This document shows positions 1 through 10,352 of a stretch of DNA of 45,617 nt, piece by piece. Source of the stretch: an uncultured Flavobacteriaceae bacterium. Lineage in GTDB: Bacteria > Bacteroidota > Bacteroidia > Flavobacteriales > Flavobacteriaceae. The position numbers were made by a program, and so were the translations under genes. Every line of letters starts with the position of its first letter. Positions within the stretch are counted from its first letter, which is position 1. The notes beneath the pieces were generated by a model. It saw only the letters and a list, made by a program, of their open reading frames with translations, was not told the DNA's origin and made no database searches. The stretch spans positions 1 to 45,617 of the forward strand of contig CAJWNW010000001.1 in assembly GCA_913044085.1 (NCBI GenBank). The letters are read 5' to 3'.

Positions 1-244
1 ACTCAACGACTTTTTTCTTAACAGAAGTACCGGCTTTCTTGGCATGACCCATTTCAGCTTTAGTAGCACTTTTTTCTGCCTTGTCATCGAAACCTAATTG
101 AACGGCATGATAACCATCCTTTTCATCAGTTCTGACTTGGGTCACTACGCATGGTCCAGCTTGAATGACAGTACAAGGTATGTTTTTACCGTTCTCATCA
201 AAGATGCTGGTCATTCCGATTTTTTTTCCTATTAACCCAGACAT
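1..244 (-). CDS. rplC: 50S ribosomal protein L3 (5' part, runs off window edge)
   Basis: Manual translation from ATG at 244: [52 protein letters not shown], the canonical L3 N-terminus; directly downstream of rpsJ. Not in ORF track. Confidence 0.97.
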   Translation of the reverse strand, partial: MSGLIGKKIGMTSIFDENGKNIPCTVIQAGPCVVTQVRTDEKDGYHAVQLGFDDKAEKSATKAEMGHAKKAGTSVKKKVVE

Positions 245-290
245 AATTATTAATTTATTTGTTTACTTATTATTTTAATTTTTATCCAAA

Positions 291-386
291 AATTAAGGGT
301 CAAAATACATCTCAACCCTTGAATTGTATTTTTTCCGCTTTTCCGTTGCTCGCAGCTCGGGACATGTTGACTGAATCGAGTTCAGT
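291..386 (-). promoter_or_regulatory. Structured rpsJ-rplC intercistronic RNA (candidate attenuator / r-protein leader)
   Basis: On the mRNA strand: hairpin ACUGAA-CUCGA-UUCAGU (386-370), then stem AAGGGUUGAGAU/AUUUUGACCCUU (320-295) using G-U pairs, followed by AAUUUUU. Confidence 0.5.
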
Positions 387-392
387 ACTTTG

Positions 393-698
393 TTATACTT
401 TAATTTCTACTTCAACTCCACTTGGCAATTCTAGTTTCATCAAAGCATCAATGGTCTTTGAAGAAGAACTATAAATATCCAATAGTCGTTTGTAAGAGCT
501 CAACTGAAATTGTTCTCGCGCTTTTTTGTTAACGTGTGGAGAACGCAATACAGTGAATAATTTTTTGTGCGTTGGTAATGGAATTGGTCCGGTGACAACA
601 GCGCCCGTGCTTTTAACGGTTTTTACGATTTTATCAGCAGACTTATCTACTAAATTATGATCGTAAGACTTTAATTTTATTCTAATTTTTTGGCTCAT
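393..698 (-). CDS. rpsJ: 30S ribosomal protein S10
   Basis: [14 protein letters not shown]...GPIPLPT...[13 protein letters not shown]; 101 aa. Confidence 0.99.
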   Translation of the reverse strand: MSQKIRIKLKSYDHNLVDKSADKIVKTVKSTGAVVTGPIPLPTHKKLFTVLRSPHVNKKAREQFQLSSYKRLLDIYSSSSKTIDALMKLELPSGVEVEIKV

Positions 699-710
699 AT
701 TCTAATTCTT

Positions 711-2837
711 TTAAGCTTGGATTCCTTTAGCTTCTTTTATAACTTCTTCAGAAATGTTAGACGGCGTTTCCGCATAGTGTGAAAATTCCATCGTGGAGGT
801 GGCACGACCAGAAGATAATGTTCTTAACGTCGTTACATAGCCAAACATTTCAGAAAGTGGTACGGTAGCTTTAACTGTTTTTGCACCGGCTCTATCGCCC
901 ATGTCACTAACTTGACCGCGACGGCGGTTCAGGTCTCCAACAATATCCCCCATATTTTCTTCAGGTGTAATGACCTCAAGTTTCATAATGGGTTCCATGA
1001 TAACTGCTTTGGCTGCTTTCGCTGAATTTTTAAATCCAAGCTTGGCTGCAAGCTCAAAAGACAGTTGATCTGAATCCACGTCGTGGTAAGAACCATCTTT
1101 TAATGTGACTTTCATGGCGTCTACTTCGTAACCGGCTAGCGGTCCATTCTGCATGGCCATTTTAAATCCTTTTTCAACAGAAGGAATAAATTCTTTTGGT
1201 ACATTTCCACCTTTTATTTCAGAAACAAAGTCCAAGCCTACTTTACCCTCTTCAGCTGGCTCCAGCGTGAAGACAATATCTGCAAACTTACCACGTCCAC
1301 CAGATTGTTTTTTATAAACTTCTCTGTGCTCAGCGCGTTGTGTTATGGCTTCTTTATATTCTACTTGTGGTTGTCCTTGGTTAACCTCCACTTTGAATTC
1401 TCGTCGTAAACGGTCAACAATAATGTCCAAATGCAGCTCCCCCATTCCAGAAATAATGGTCTGACCTGAAGCTTCATCGGTACGAACAGTAAATGTTGGA
1501 TCTTCTTCAGCAAGTTTTGCTAATGACATCCCTAATTTATCGACATCGGCTTTGGTTTTAGGCTCAACAGCGATACCGATTACGGGATCTGGGAAATCCA
1601 TGGATTCTAATATAATTGGATGTTTTTCATCTGTCATGGTATCCCCTGTTTTGATGTCTTTAAATCCAACAGCAGCTCCAATGTCTCCAGCCTCGATGAA
1701 ATCGATGGCGTTTTGTTTATTGGAGTGCATCTGATAGATACGAGATATACGCTCTTTTTTTCCAGATCGGTTGTTTAAAATATAAGAACCTGCATCCAAA
1801 CGTCCTGAGTAGGCTCTAAAAAATGCCAAACGTCCTACAAAAGGGTCTGTTGCAATTTTAAAAGCCAAGGCAGCAAAAGGCTCTTTGACATCTGGCTTGC
1901 GAATTTCTTCTTGCTCAGTGTCAGGGTTCATCCCAGCGATACCTTCTTTATCTGTTGGTGATGGCAAGTAGCGACACACAGCATCTAAAAGGAATTGAAC
2001 CCCTTTGTTTTTAAATGCAGATCCACATACCATTGGAATGATGGCCATATCCATAACGGCAGCACGCAGTGCAGCGTGCACTTCGTCTTCTGTAATAGAA
2101 TCTTCATCTTCCATAAATTTTTCAAGAAGATTTTCGTCATAAGTAGCGACTTCCTCTATAAGGAGTGCACGGTACTTTTTCGCTTCTTCTTTCATGTCCT
2201 CAGGGATTTCGATCACGTCGAAAGTAGATCCCTGGCTTTCATCATGCCATATGATAGCACGGTTTTTGACCAAATCAATAACACCTTTAAAGTCCGCTTC
2301 GTCTCCGATATTAAGAACAATAGGGACAGCGTTAGATTTTAGCATGTCTTTAACTTGTTGACATACACCGAGAAAGTTTGAACCCTGGCGGTCCATTTTG
2401 TTAACAAATCCAATACGGGGTACTTTATAATTGTCCGCAAGTCTCCAATTTGTTTCAGATTGTGGTTCCACACCATCTACAGCACTGAAAAGGAATACAA
2501 GACCGTCTAACACTCTCAAAGAGCGGTTTACTTCTACAGTAAAGTCTACGTGACCAGGGGTGTCAATGATATTAAAGTGATATCCCTCTGTTTCATTAGT
2601 AGATTGACCATTTTCTGTTGGAAAATTCCATGTACAAGTCGTAGCAGCAGAGGTAATGGTGATACCGCGTTCTTGTTCTTGCTCCATCCAATCCATGGTT
2701 GCAGCACCATCGTGTACTTCTCCAATTTTGTGAGAAACGCCTGTGTAATAAAGAATGCGCTCCGTGGTGGTGGTTTTTCCTGCGTCAATGTGCGCAGCAA
2801 TTCCAATATTTCTTGTATATTTTAAATCTCTTGCCAT
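711..2837 (-). CDS. fusA: Elongation factor G
   Basis: [32 protein letters not shown] GTPase motifs; 708 aa; str operon position. Confidence 0.99.
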   Translation of the reverse strand: MARDLKYTRNIGIAAHIDAGKTTTTERILYYTGVSHKIGEVHDGAATMDWMEQEQERGITITSAATTCTWNFPTENGQSTNETEGYHFNIIDTPGHVDFTVEVNRSLRVLDGLVFLFSAVDGVEPQSETNWRLADNYKVPRIGFVNKMDRQGSNFLGVCQQVKDMLKSNAVPIVLNIGDEADFKGVIDLVKNRAIIWHDESQGSTFDVIEIPEDMKEEAKKYRALLIEEVATYDENLLEKFMEDEDSITEDEVHAALRAAVMDMAIIPMVCGSAFKNKGVQFLLDAVCRYLPSPTDKEGIAGMNPDTEQEEIRKPDVKEPFAALAFKIATDPFVGRLAFFRAYSGRLDAGSYILNNRSGKKERISRIYQMHSNKQNAIDFIEAGDIGAAVGFKDIKTGDTMTDEKHPIILESMDFPDPVIGIAVEPKTKADVDKLGMSLAKLAEEDPTFTVRTDEASGQTIISGMGELHLDIIVDRLRREFKVEVNQGQPQVEYKEAITQRAEHREVYKKQSGGRGKFADIVFTLEPAEEGKVGLDFVSEIKGGNVPKEFIPSVEKGFKMAMQNGPLAGYEVDAMKVTLKDGSYHDVDSDQLSFELAAKLGFKNSAKAAKAVIMEPIMKLEVITPEENMGDIVGDLNRRRGQVSDMGDRAGAKTVKATVPLSEMFGYVTTLRTLSSGRATSTMEFSHYAETPSNISEEVIKEAKGIQA

Positions 2838-2843
2838 TTCTGA

Positions 2844-3320
2844 TTAGAATCTAAAGTGTGAGAATGCTTTGTTTGCTTCGGCCATTTTGTGTGTGTCCAC
2901 ACGTTTTTTTACTGCAGCACCTTCTTCTTTGGAAGCTGCTAAAATTTCAGATGCAAGTTTGAGGGCCATTGATTTTTCATTGCGCTTTCTTGCAAAACTG
3001 ATTAACCATTTCATGGCCGTAGAAATTTTACGATCGGCACGAATCTGCATTGGGATTTGGAAGGTAGCCCCTCCAACGCGACGACTGCGCACTTCAACGT
3101 GCGGCATCACATTTGACAAAGCGTCTTTCCACAACTGCAGAGCTGTTTTTTCTTCGTCCGTATTTTTTTCTTCTACAATGGCTATGGCATCGTAAAATAT
3201 TTTAAAAGCAACAGATTTTTTACCATCCCACATCATCATGTTCACAAAACGTGTCACAAGCTGATCGCTAAATTTAGGATCTGGTAAAATAGGTCGTTTT
3301 TTTGCCTGTCTTTTTCTCAT
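2844..3320 (-). CDS. rpsG: 30S ribosomal protein S7
   Basis: [14 protein letters not shown] and [15 protein letters not shown] signatures. Confidence 0.99.
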   Translation of the reverse strand: MRKRQAKKRPILPDPKFSDQLVTRFVNMMMWDGKKSVAFKIFYDAIAIVEEKNTDEEKTALQLWKDALSNVMPHVEVRSRRVGGATFQIPMQIRADRKISTAMKWLISFARKRNEKSMALKLASEILAASKEEGAAVKKRVDTHKMAEANKAFSHFRF

Positions 3321-3344
3321 GTCTTCTATTTAAAGTGTTTTAAA

Positions 3345-3719
3345 TTACTTTTTGGGGCGTTTAGCACCATATTTAGAACGACGCTGAGTGCGACCCTCAA
3401 CACCTGCTGTGTCAAGTGCGCCGCGAACAATGTGATATCTAACACCTGGTAAATCTTTAACCCTTCCGCCTCTAACCAATACTATCGAGTGCTCTTGGAG
3501 GTTATGTCCTTCTCCGGGGATGTAGGCGTTTACTTCATTACCATTAGTCAACCTTACCCTAGCAACTTTACGCATTGCAGAGTTTGGTTTTTTTGGCGTT
3601 GTTGTATAAACACGCGTACACACACCACGTCGTTGTGGACAGGAATCCAAAGCAGCCGATTTGCTCTTCTTAGTTAGCTTGACTCTTCCTTTTCTTACTA
3701 ATTGTGATATTGTTGGCAT
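3345..3719 (-). CDS. rpsL: 30S ribosomal protein S12
   Basis: [30 protein letters not shown]. Confidence 0.99.
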   Translation of the reverse strand: MPTISQLVRKGRVKLTKKSKSAALDSCPQRRGVCTRVYTTTPKKPNSAMRKVARVRLTNGNEVNAYIPGEGHNLQEHSIVLVRGGRVKDLPGVRYHIVRGALDTAGVEGRTQRRSKYGAKRPKK

Positions 3720-3762
3720 ATATTATATGTAATAACTTTACTTTCCTCTTCTTAGAGGCGTG

Positions 3763-3793
3763 CAAAGGTAATGATTAAAATGTATTATTCAAA
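3763..3793 (-). promoter_or_regulatory. Bacteroidota housekeeping promoter of the str/S10 operon
   Basis: Minus strand TTTG (3793-3790), 19 nt spacer, TACCTTTG (3770-3763): exact -33/-7 consensus. A small CCTCT/AGAGG hairpin (3745-3758) follows in the 5' UTR. Confidence 0.85.
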
Positions 3794-3887
3794 TACTACC
3801 CAGGGTTTTTTAAAATATTTTTGATTTTTTTTTCTTCCTATATATTTTGACTTTTTTTTGCGTTAGTTTTACATCAAACATTTTCGA

Positions 3888-5576
3888 TTGACTTCAAAAC
3901 ACTTATTCATCCTAAGATGCCTCTTATTTTTGGGCAGCGTCTGGCAAATAAATGCACAGGGAATTTCCTTAAATCTAAAAGGCCATTCTCCAGCGGATCA
4001 AGAAGTTTTAGAAAGTTTGTCTGCAGCAGTCATTTTTGAAAATGTGGCAGCACTTGAAACCGAAATTAAGCACATTCAAAAACAGCTTTACAACAAAGGA
4101 TACATCAGCTTAAAGTTTTTGGGTTTAAAAAATGAAAAATTAGAATACACTGCAGAATTTGAATTGGGACCCGCCTACAAATCCATTTTAATTTTTGGGC
4201 ATTCCAGCTTGTTTAAACCCTTGGGTTACGCTATTGAAAAAGACCTCGATTCTAATCAATTTTATGTGGAGGTCCCCATATCCACTCTGGAAAACACTCT
4301 AAATCAACTCTCTAAAGCATTGTCCGATGAAAGTTACACTTTTGCAACGCTTCAACTTCAAAATATTCAACCAGAAGACGGAATCAAAATCAAGGCCAAT
4401 CTTGTTTTAGACAAGGGTGCAAAAAGAACGCTGCAAAAAATTAAAGTCTTGGGCTATGACAAGTTCCCGAGTTCGTACATTAAATATTTTTTGCAAATTA
4501 AAATTCAAAATCCCTTAAAATTAGAGCGTATTCAATCTCAAATGAAGCTTCTAAATCAGCTACCCTTTGCACAACAAAAACGGCCCGCTGAAGTGTTGTT
4601 TACCAAAGACAGCACTACTGTTTATTTGTACTTAGAAAAAATCAAAAGCAACCGCTTTGATGGATTTTTAGGGTTTGGCTCCGACGAAACCACTGGAAAG
4701 ATTGAATTTGATGGCTATTTAGACTTGAAACTCATCAATAATTTAAACTTTGGCGAATCCGTTAACCTCAACTACAAGAGTGACGAAATTGATCAAAAAA
4801 CACTCGATATTGCGCTTCAGCTTCCCTATTTATTTGGCACCCCTTTGGGCAGTACTTTAAATCTTAATATTTTTAAAAAAGACAGTACCTTCACAACGGC
4901 CCAACAGGGTATTAAACTATTTTACCAGCTTAACGAAAATCAACAACTTGGTCTGGGGGTCCGTCTGCAACAATCCAATGCCATTACTAACACATCCGAT
5001 GCATTTGTCGAGGATTTTAAAGGTCATTTTTATGAAATTAATTACAATTATACCAAGCAACAGCAGACAGATTTACTTTTTCCAGTGCAAAGGCAATTGG
5101 AGGTGTCAGTCGCTTTTGGTAAAAGAAGTGCAGCTTCAGAACTAAAGCAACGACATATTCGTCTGAAAGGGTTTCAAATTTTTAATTTAAATCTAAAAAA
5201 TAGCATTTTCTTGAAAGTACATTTGGAGGAACTGCAATCAAATCAATATCTATTGAATGAGTTGTTACGGTTTGGAGGCATCACTTCTGTTCGTGGTTTT
5301 CGTGAAAATAGTTTGTTTGCCACCCGACTAGGAGTGTTTTGCAGTGAGTACCGTTACCGATTATCCCCTGCGCTTTTTGTTCACTCCGTGATAGATACCG
5401 GCTATTTTCAAGATTCTAACGATGTGGACTACCAAATTTTTGGATTTGGCTTTGGCGTCGGACTTCAAAGTAACGGTGGTTTGTTGCGCCTTACTTATGC
5501 CAATGGTAAAACGAAAAATATCCCATTTGACATCTCCCAATCTAAGTTGCATATGAGTTTTACAAGCACTTTCTAG
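3888..5576 (+). CDS. Omp85-superfamily (BamA/TamA-like) POTRA + beta-barrel outer membrane protein
   Basis: Signal peptide ending INA-Q; POTRA-like motifs (LYNKGY, LNQLPF); Omp85 loop-6 motif FGGITSVRGF; alternating beta strands; C-terminal KLHMSFTSTF. TTG start uncertain. Confidence 0.8.
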   Translation: MTSKHLFILRCLLFLGSVWQINAQGISLNLKGHSPADQEVLESLSAAVIFENVAALETEIKHIQKQLYNKGYISLKFLGLKNEKLEYTAEFELGPAYKSILIFGHSSLFKPLGYAIEKDLDSNQFYVEVPISTLENTLNQLSKALSDESYTFATLQLQNIQPEDGIKIKANLVLDKGAKRTLQKIKVLGYDKFPSSYIKYFLQIKIQNPLKLERIQSQMKLLNQLPFAQQKRPAEVLFTKDSTTVYLYLEKIKSNRFDGFLGFGSDETTGKIEFDGYLDLKLINNLNFGESVNLNYKSDEIDQKTLDIALQLPYLFGTPLGSTLNLNIFKKDSTFTTAQQGIKLFYQLNENQQLGLGVRLQQSNAITNTSDAFVEDFKGHFYEINYNYTKQQQTDLLFPVQRQLEVSVAFGKRSAASELKQRHIRLKGFQIFNLNLKNSIFLKVHLEELQSNQYLLNELLRFGGITSVRGFRENSLFATRLGVFCSEYRYRLSPALFVHSVIDTGYFQDSNDVDYQIFGFGFGVGLQSNGGLLRLTYANGKTKNIPFDISQSKLHMSFTSTF

Positions 5577-5782
5577 AAAATATTAAATTTTAACTAAAGT
5601 CTAAATGAATGTAAAATCTTATTGAAAAATTACAGCTGATACTTGTTTTATATAAAGCTTTAATGTATTTCAATTTAAAAAATTAAGTTCAACTAAATGC
5701 TGAAATTTCTCACCAAAAAGCTAATGTAAAACTATACAAGAAAATTTTATGCCTTATTATTTAAAAATTAAATTTAAACAAA

Positions 5783-5814
5783 GTTGGTTTTTTAAGTTTT
5801 TATCATCACATTTG
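5783..5814 (+). promoter_or_regulatory. Probable susC promoter
   Basis: GTTG (5783-5786), 20 nt spacer, CACATTTG (5807-5814); one mismatch in each element; 28 nt upstream of the ATG. Confidence 0.5.
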
Positions 5815-5842
5815 TAACGACTAATTCAAATATTTAACAAAA

Positions 5843-8800
5843 ATGAAAACAAAGTTTAGTGTAATACTAACGCTAATATTGGCGCTAGTAGTGCAAATTT
5901 CTTTTGCACAAAACAAAAATGTTTCAGGAACTGTTTCTGATGACTCTGGCTTACCGCTTGCCGGTGCAACTGTCATAATTGACGGTACATCAAACGGAGT
6001 GACAACAGATTTTGATGGTAAATTTAACATCCAAGCCTCCGCTGAAGACACCCTTCTCGTAAGCTACGTAGGTTTTACGACCCAAAGCATAATAGTCGGA
6101 GACTCTTCGTCATTCCAAATACAAATGGTTGCTGACACTTCACTCGATGAAGTAGTTGTAGTCGCTTTTGGATCAAAAAAACGTGACGAATTAACATCTG
6201 CTGTATCAGTGATTTCTGGCGAGGATCTTGCAAAGTTATCTCCATCAACATCAGTTGATAATATGCTTCAAGGGGTTGCGCCTGGTGTTCAGGTTGTTGC
6301 TGGAAATGGTAAGCCTGGACAAACAGCATTTGTTCGTATTCGTGGTATCGGATCAATTAACGCATCCAGTGCCCCCCTATACATTATAGACGGTTTGATT
6401 GCTCCTAATCTTAACTCTGTAAACCCTATTGATATTGAAAGTATCTCGGTTTTAAAAGATGCTGCAACATCTTCATTGTACGGAGCTCGTGCTGCTAATG
6501 GTGTAGTCTTGATAACAACCAAAGCTGGGGTTAAAAATAAAGGAGCTACCGTAACATTATCTTCCCGAATGGGCTTTGGATCAATGATTCAAAACAATTT
6601 CAAGATGATGAACGCCACTCAAAAGATTCAATATGAACGAGAACTTGCTTCTTTGGGAGTTGGCAATGCCGCTGGTACTCCAGGAGCTCAAATCTCCGAC
6701 CAAGCTGGTTATGACAGATTGATTGGTAGAGAGACAGATTGGTTTGATACGTTACTTAGAGATGCTACAATTGAATCTAATTCACTTTCAATTGCTGGTG
6801 GATCACAAGATTTATCTTATTTCATGAGTGTTGGACACGATCGAAATACAGGAATCATTAAAGACATTAATGGTTTTGAGCGTATGAACGCTAGATTAAA
6901 TGTGTCATACAAAGCTAAGGACTGGCTTGAAGTTAGTACAAATTTTAGTGTAACAAGCACAACATCTGATGAACCACGTGATAGAAACAATGTTCAAAAT
7001 CCTTTCAGAGCAATGTATGACTACAACCCATACGAAACAAAATATCAAGTTGATGACGATAACAACATACTTTATGATGAGTTTGGTCAGCCTCTTTGGA
7101 ATTTAACAGGAAATGGATTTTCTATTTCAGAAGCATTGGTTAATAACCCTGAGGATGAATATTCTACTACCATTCTTGGAGGTATTACCGCAAAGGCTAC
7201 AATTTCTGATGCATTAACTAACACATTCAAAGTAGGTGCCACTAATGTAAGATCTAGAAGAGAGTATTTTAATAAGCCTGGCTCTGTACTCGACGGGTAT
7301 GTTGGTGATGCCGACAATCCTGGTTCAAAAACAGATAATGGTTCCATGTTTCTGAGTTATGTGATAACAAACTTGTTGTCTTATAACAAGGTTATTAACG
7401 AAAAACATGACTTTACCGTAACTGGGCTTTTTGAATTTAACAAAAATACTTCAAGGTCTTACTCCTTAAGCAGTATTGGATTCTCTAACCCAGATTTTTC
7501 TGTTCAGTCTGTTGCCGCTCTTCCAGATGCAGCTTCAACGTCATTATTTGAGAATACTATTCTTTCATATGGTGCATTTATTGATTACGGATATGACGGT
7601 AGATTTTTTGTCACGGCATCTGCAAGAAAAGATTCATCATCTGTTTTCGGTTCAAATAATAGATCGGGAACATTCACATCAGCGAGTGCTGCTTGGAATA
7701 TTGCCAAAGAAGACTGGTGGGATTATGAATTAGTCAATGATCTAAAATTACGTGCTTCTGCAGGAACTTCAGGAAACAGTAATGGTATTGGATCTTATGC
7801 TTCACTCGCAACCTTAGGTTTCGGAAGCTTAAATGGTGCATCTACTGCAATTCCTACAGACAATGGAAATCAAGATTTAGGATTTGAAGAAAACTTCATT
7901 TTTGATATAGGTCTTGAATTTAAAATGTTTAATCGTAGACTTAGAGGTGTAGTCGATTATTACGAAAGAACAACATCTAACCTTTTATTAAACTCACCCC
8001 TACCTTCTCAAGGTGGAGAGCCAGATGGAACCATATTTGCTAACATTGGTGAAATGGTGAATAAAGGACTTGAAGTTGAGCTAAGTTGGGATGCTATAGC
8101 AACTGAAGATCTCCAATTAACTATTGGTGGAAATATTGCTTTTGTTGATAACGAAGTGACTAAACTTGTACCTTCATCAAACAATCCTGATGGTGATGAT
8201 ATCATTAGAGGTAACAATGTTATTCGAGTAGGTGAAGAAATCAACACCTTCTTTTTACCACAGTGGGCTGGAGTGAACCCTTCAAACGGAGAGCCAATGT
8301 TCTATGATTCTGATGGAAACATAACAAACGTTTATGATTCAGATGCAAATGTATTAATGAGTGGTAAATCTCCATTGGCAGATTTTGACGGAGGTTTAAA
8401 TCTATATGTAAACTATAGAGGATTTGACCTCGCTACCGATTTTTATTTCAAATCTGGAAACTACATCCTTAACTACATGGAATCTAACATGGTAAGTGAT
8501 GGAGTCAATGTGCAAGATAACCAAAGAGTTGATGCTTTCAATTATTGGAGAAATCCTGGAGATACAAACGTATTACCGAGCCCACTCTATGGAAATGAAG
8601 CACAACAAAACTCTGACAGATGGCTACAAAAAGGTGACTTTATAAGATTGAGAAATCTAACTCTTGGATACAATGTACCAGTTAGCGACATCAACACCTT
8701 AGGACTTACAAGTCTTAGAGTATTCCTACAAGCACAAAACCTTTGGACTTATGCTCCACATTTTAATGGAGATCCAGAAGTAGGTATTGGTAGTGGAGAA

Positions 8801-8890
8801 ACTGGAAACAGTGTTGGTTTTGGTAACTACAATTTATATAGCTACCCTACACTGAAATCGTTTTCAGTTGGAATTGACGTTAAATTTTAA
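5843..8890 (+). CDS. susC: SusC/RagA family TonB-dependent transporter
   Basis: Signal peptide, CarboxypepD_reg-like N-domain, TonB box LDEVVVVAFG, plug motifs PLYIIDG and DIESISVLKDAATSSLYGARAANGVVLITTK, C-terminal IDVKF; 1015 aa. Confidence 0.97.
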   Translation: MKTKFSVILTLILALVVQISFAQNKNVSGTVSDDSGLPLAGATVIIDGTSNGVTTDFDGKFNIQASAEDTLLVSYVGFTTQSIIVGDSSSFQIQMVADTSLDEVVVVAFGSKKRDELTSAVSVISGEDLAKLSPSTSVDNMLQGVAPGVQVVAGNGKPGQTAFVRIRGIGSINASSAPLYIIDGLIAPNLNSVNPIDIESISVLKDAATSSLYGARAANGVVLITTKAGVKNKGATVTLSSRMGFGSMIQNNFKMMNATQKIQYERELASLGVGNAAGTPGAQISDQAGYDRLIGRETDWFDTLLRDATIESNSLSIAGGSQDLSYFMSVGHDRNTGIIKDINGFERMNARLNVSYKAKDWLEVSTNFSVTSTTSDEPRDRNNVQNPFRAMYDYNPYETKYQVDDDNNILYDEFGQPLWNLTGNGFSISEALVNNPEDEYSTTILGGITAKATISDALTNTFKVGATNVRSRREYFNKPGSVLDGYVGDADNPGSKTDNGSMFLSYVITNLLSYNKVINEKHDFTVTGLFEFNKNTSRSYSLSSIGFSNPDFSVQSVAALPDAASTSLFENTILSYGAFIDYGYDGRFFVTASARKDSSSVFGSNNRSGTFTSASAAWNIAKEDWWDYELVNDLKLRASAGTSGNSNGIGSYASLATLGFGSLNGASTAIPTDNGNQDLGFEENFIFDIGLEFKMFNRRLRGVVDYYERTTSNLLLNSPLPSQGGEPDGTIFANIGEMVNKGLEVELSWDAIATEDLQLTIGGNIAFVDNEVTKLVPSSNNPDGDDIIRGNNVIRVGEEINTFFLPQWAGVNPSNGEPMFYDSDGNITNVYDSDANVLMSGKSPLADFDGGLNLYVNYRGFDLATDFYFKSGNYILNYMESNMVSDGVNVQDNQRVDAFNYWRNPGDTNVLPSPLYGNEAQQNSDRWLQKGDFIRLRNLTLGYNVPVSDINTLGLTSLRVFLQAQNLWTYAPHFNGDPEVGIGSGETGNSVGFGNYNLYSYPTLKSFSVGIDVKF

Positions 8891-8901
8891 ATCAATAAGA
8901 C

Positions 8902-10332
8902 ATGAAAAATATATTTAAAACATTATTATTAGTATTTGGTTTACTACTGGTTCAGTCTTGTGACGACGAATTAGTTCAGTTACCAAATGATTCACTCTCC
9001 CCTAGTTCATATTACACAAATTCCAGTGAAATGGAATTCGCTACTAGAGGGATTTATTCTGCCTTTTTAGGCGGTTCATATTACGGAGGAAGTCTACTTA
9101 GTCTTCCAGACATTATGTCAGATAACGTAATACTTGCACAGAGAGGTCGTAGATCTAATCAATCATTCCATGAGTGGAGACACTCTCCAAACTTAGCTTG
9201 GGGAATGCTATACTCTCCTTACATTGTAACAAATAGAGCTAATCTAATTTTAGCTAATATCGGCAATATTGAGGACGGTGCTGAAAAAGATAATTTTATC
9301 GGTGAAGCACGTGCAGCCAGAGCTTTAGCTCTTTTTGATATGGTTCGCGTTTACAGTAAAATCCCTACTCAAAATGGAGCAGATTCAAGTCTAGGACTTC
9401 CAATAATAACTGGAACCGACCCTAATGTAAGAGAGTTGAGACCCAATGTTTCAGAATCTTATACATTTATTAAAGATGAGCTAGAGGCGGCAAAGATTCT
9501 TATTAATTCTGACAACGGAGTTGGAAGATTGAATAAAGGAGCTGTAAGTGCACTTTTAAGTAGAGTTTATCTCTACATGGGAGAGTACCAAAATGCAATT
9601 AACGCTGCTAATGAGGTGACTGTTCCAATTTCAAGTTTTTCTGAAGTTGGACAAGTTTGGAAAGATGCTTCAGAAGCTGGAGTCATATTCAAGATTGATC
9701 AAGATAGAAACTTAGATGGAGTAAACATAGGGGTTGAATGGAGTCAATCAACTGCTGGCGGTGAAGTCGTCCCTGAATATGTACTCTCATTCGAACTGAA
9801 TAATCTTTACCAAAATACAGATGCTAGACGCAGTGCATACATAGCTAATCTACCTGATCAAGATGGTCAAATTTACAATGCTATATTCAAAATGTACGGT
9901 GAAACTGGTCAGCAAAATGGGGTAATTGATCCAAAAATAGTTCGTGCTGCAGAAGTAGCTCTAAACAAAGCAGAAGCTCACTATTTCCTAAATCAAGAGT
10001 CTCAAGCATTAGCCGCTTTAGATGAGCTTAGATCTAATCGATACAATGATTACGCTCCAGGTGCTGAAGCAGGTGCTGACTTAATTGCTGCAATTCAGTT
10101 AGAAAGAAGATTAGAACTCTTTGCTGAAGGTCACAGATTCTTTGATTTAAAGCGTTGGAATCTTGGTGTTTCTCGCTCTGCCACGGATGGAGAGTTTTTT
10201 GATGGCACTGGTACACCAGTTCCCGCATCTTACTTGAATTTGCCCGTTGGTAGCCATTTATTCCAAATGCCTATTCCACAAAGTGAAATCAACGTCTTTC
10301 CTGAATTTCAACAAAATCCAGGGTACAACTAA
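8902..10332 (+). CDS. susD: SusD/RagB family lipoprotein
   Basis: Lipobox LVQS-C, GEARAARAL, ALLSRVYLY, RAAEVALNKAEA, ERRLELFAEGHRFFDLKRW, terminal QNPGY. Confidence 0.97.
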   Translation: MKNIFKTLLLVFGLLLVQSCDDELVQLPNDSLSPSSYYTNSSEMEFATRGIYSAFLGGSYYGGSLLSLPDIMSDNVILAQRGRRSNQSFHEWRHSPNLAWGMLYSPYIVTNRANLILANIGNIEDGAEKDNFIGEARAARALALFDMVRVYSKIPTQNGADSSLGLPIITGTDPNVRELRPNVSESYTFIKDELEAAKILINSDNGVGRLNKGAVSALLSRVYLYMGEYQNAINAANEVTVPISSFSEVGQVWKDASEAGVIFKIDQDRNLDGVNIGVEWSQSTAGGEVVPEYVLSFELNNLYQNTDARRSAYIANLPDQDGQIYNAIFKMYGETGQQNGVIDPKIVRAAEVALNKAEAHYFLNQESQALAALDELRSNRYNDYAPGAEAGADLIAAIQLERRLELFAEGHRFFDLKRWNLGVSRSATDGEFFDGTGTPVPASYLNLPVGSHLFQMPIPQSEINVFPEFQQNPGYN

Positions 10333-10352
10333 AATTTATAAAACTTGAAATT

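Noticed and set aside
370-386. ACTGAATCGAGTTCAGT as a REP-like mobile repeat
   Set aside because: Only one copy seen in the window and no associated transposase; kept only as part of the spacer structure.
259-474. 71-aa plus-strand ORF across the rpsJ-rplC spacer
   Set aside because: Antisense to rpsJ, TTG start, no recognisable protein features; the region is better explained as RNA structure.
699-710. Absence of tuf after fusA
   Set aside because: rpsL-rpsG-fusA-rpsJ without tuf is the normal Bacteroidota arrangement.
1552-3677. Short antisense or alternate-frame ORFs within fusA, rpsG and rpsL
   Set aside because: Shadow ORFs of conserved genes with biased codon usage; no motifs.
3345-3719. 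Streptomycin-resistance substitutions in S12
   Set aside because: Both key lysines (PKKPNS, RVKDLP) are wild type.
5577-5842. AT-rich spacer upstream of susC as a riboswitch, invertible promoter or repeat array
   Set aside because: No stable stems, long inverted repeats or recombinase seen; short repeats (AATGTAAAA, AACTAAA) are expected at this AT content.
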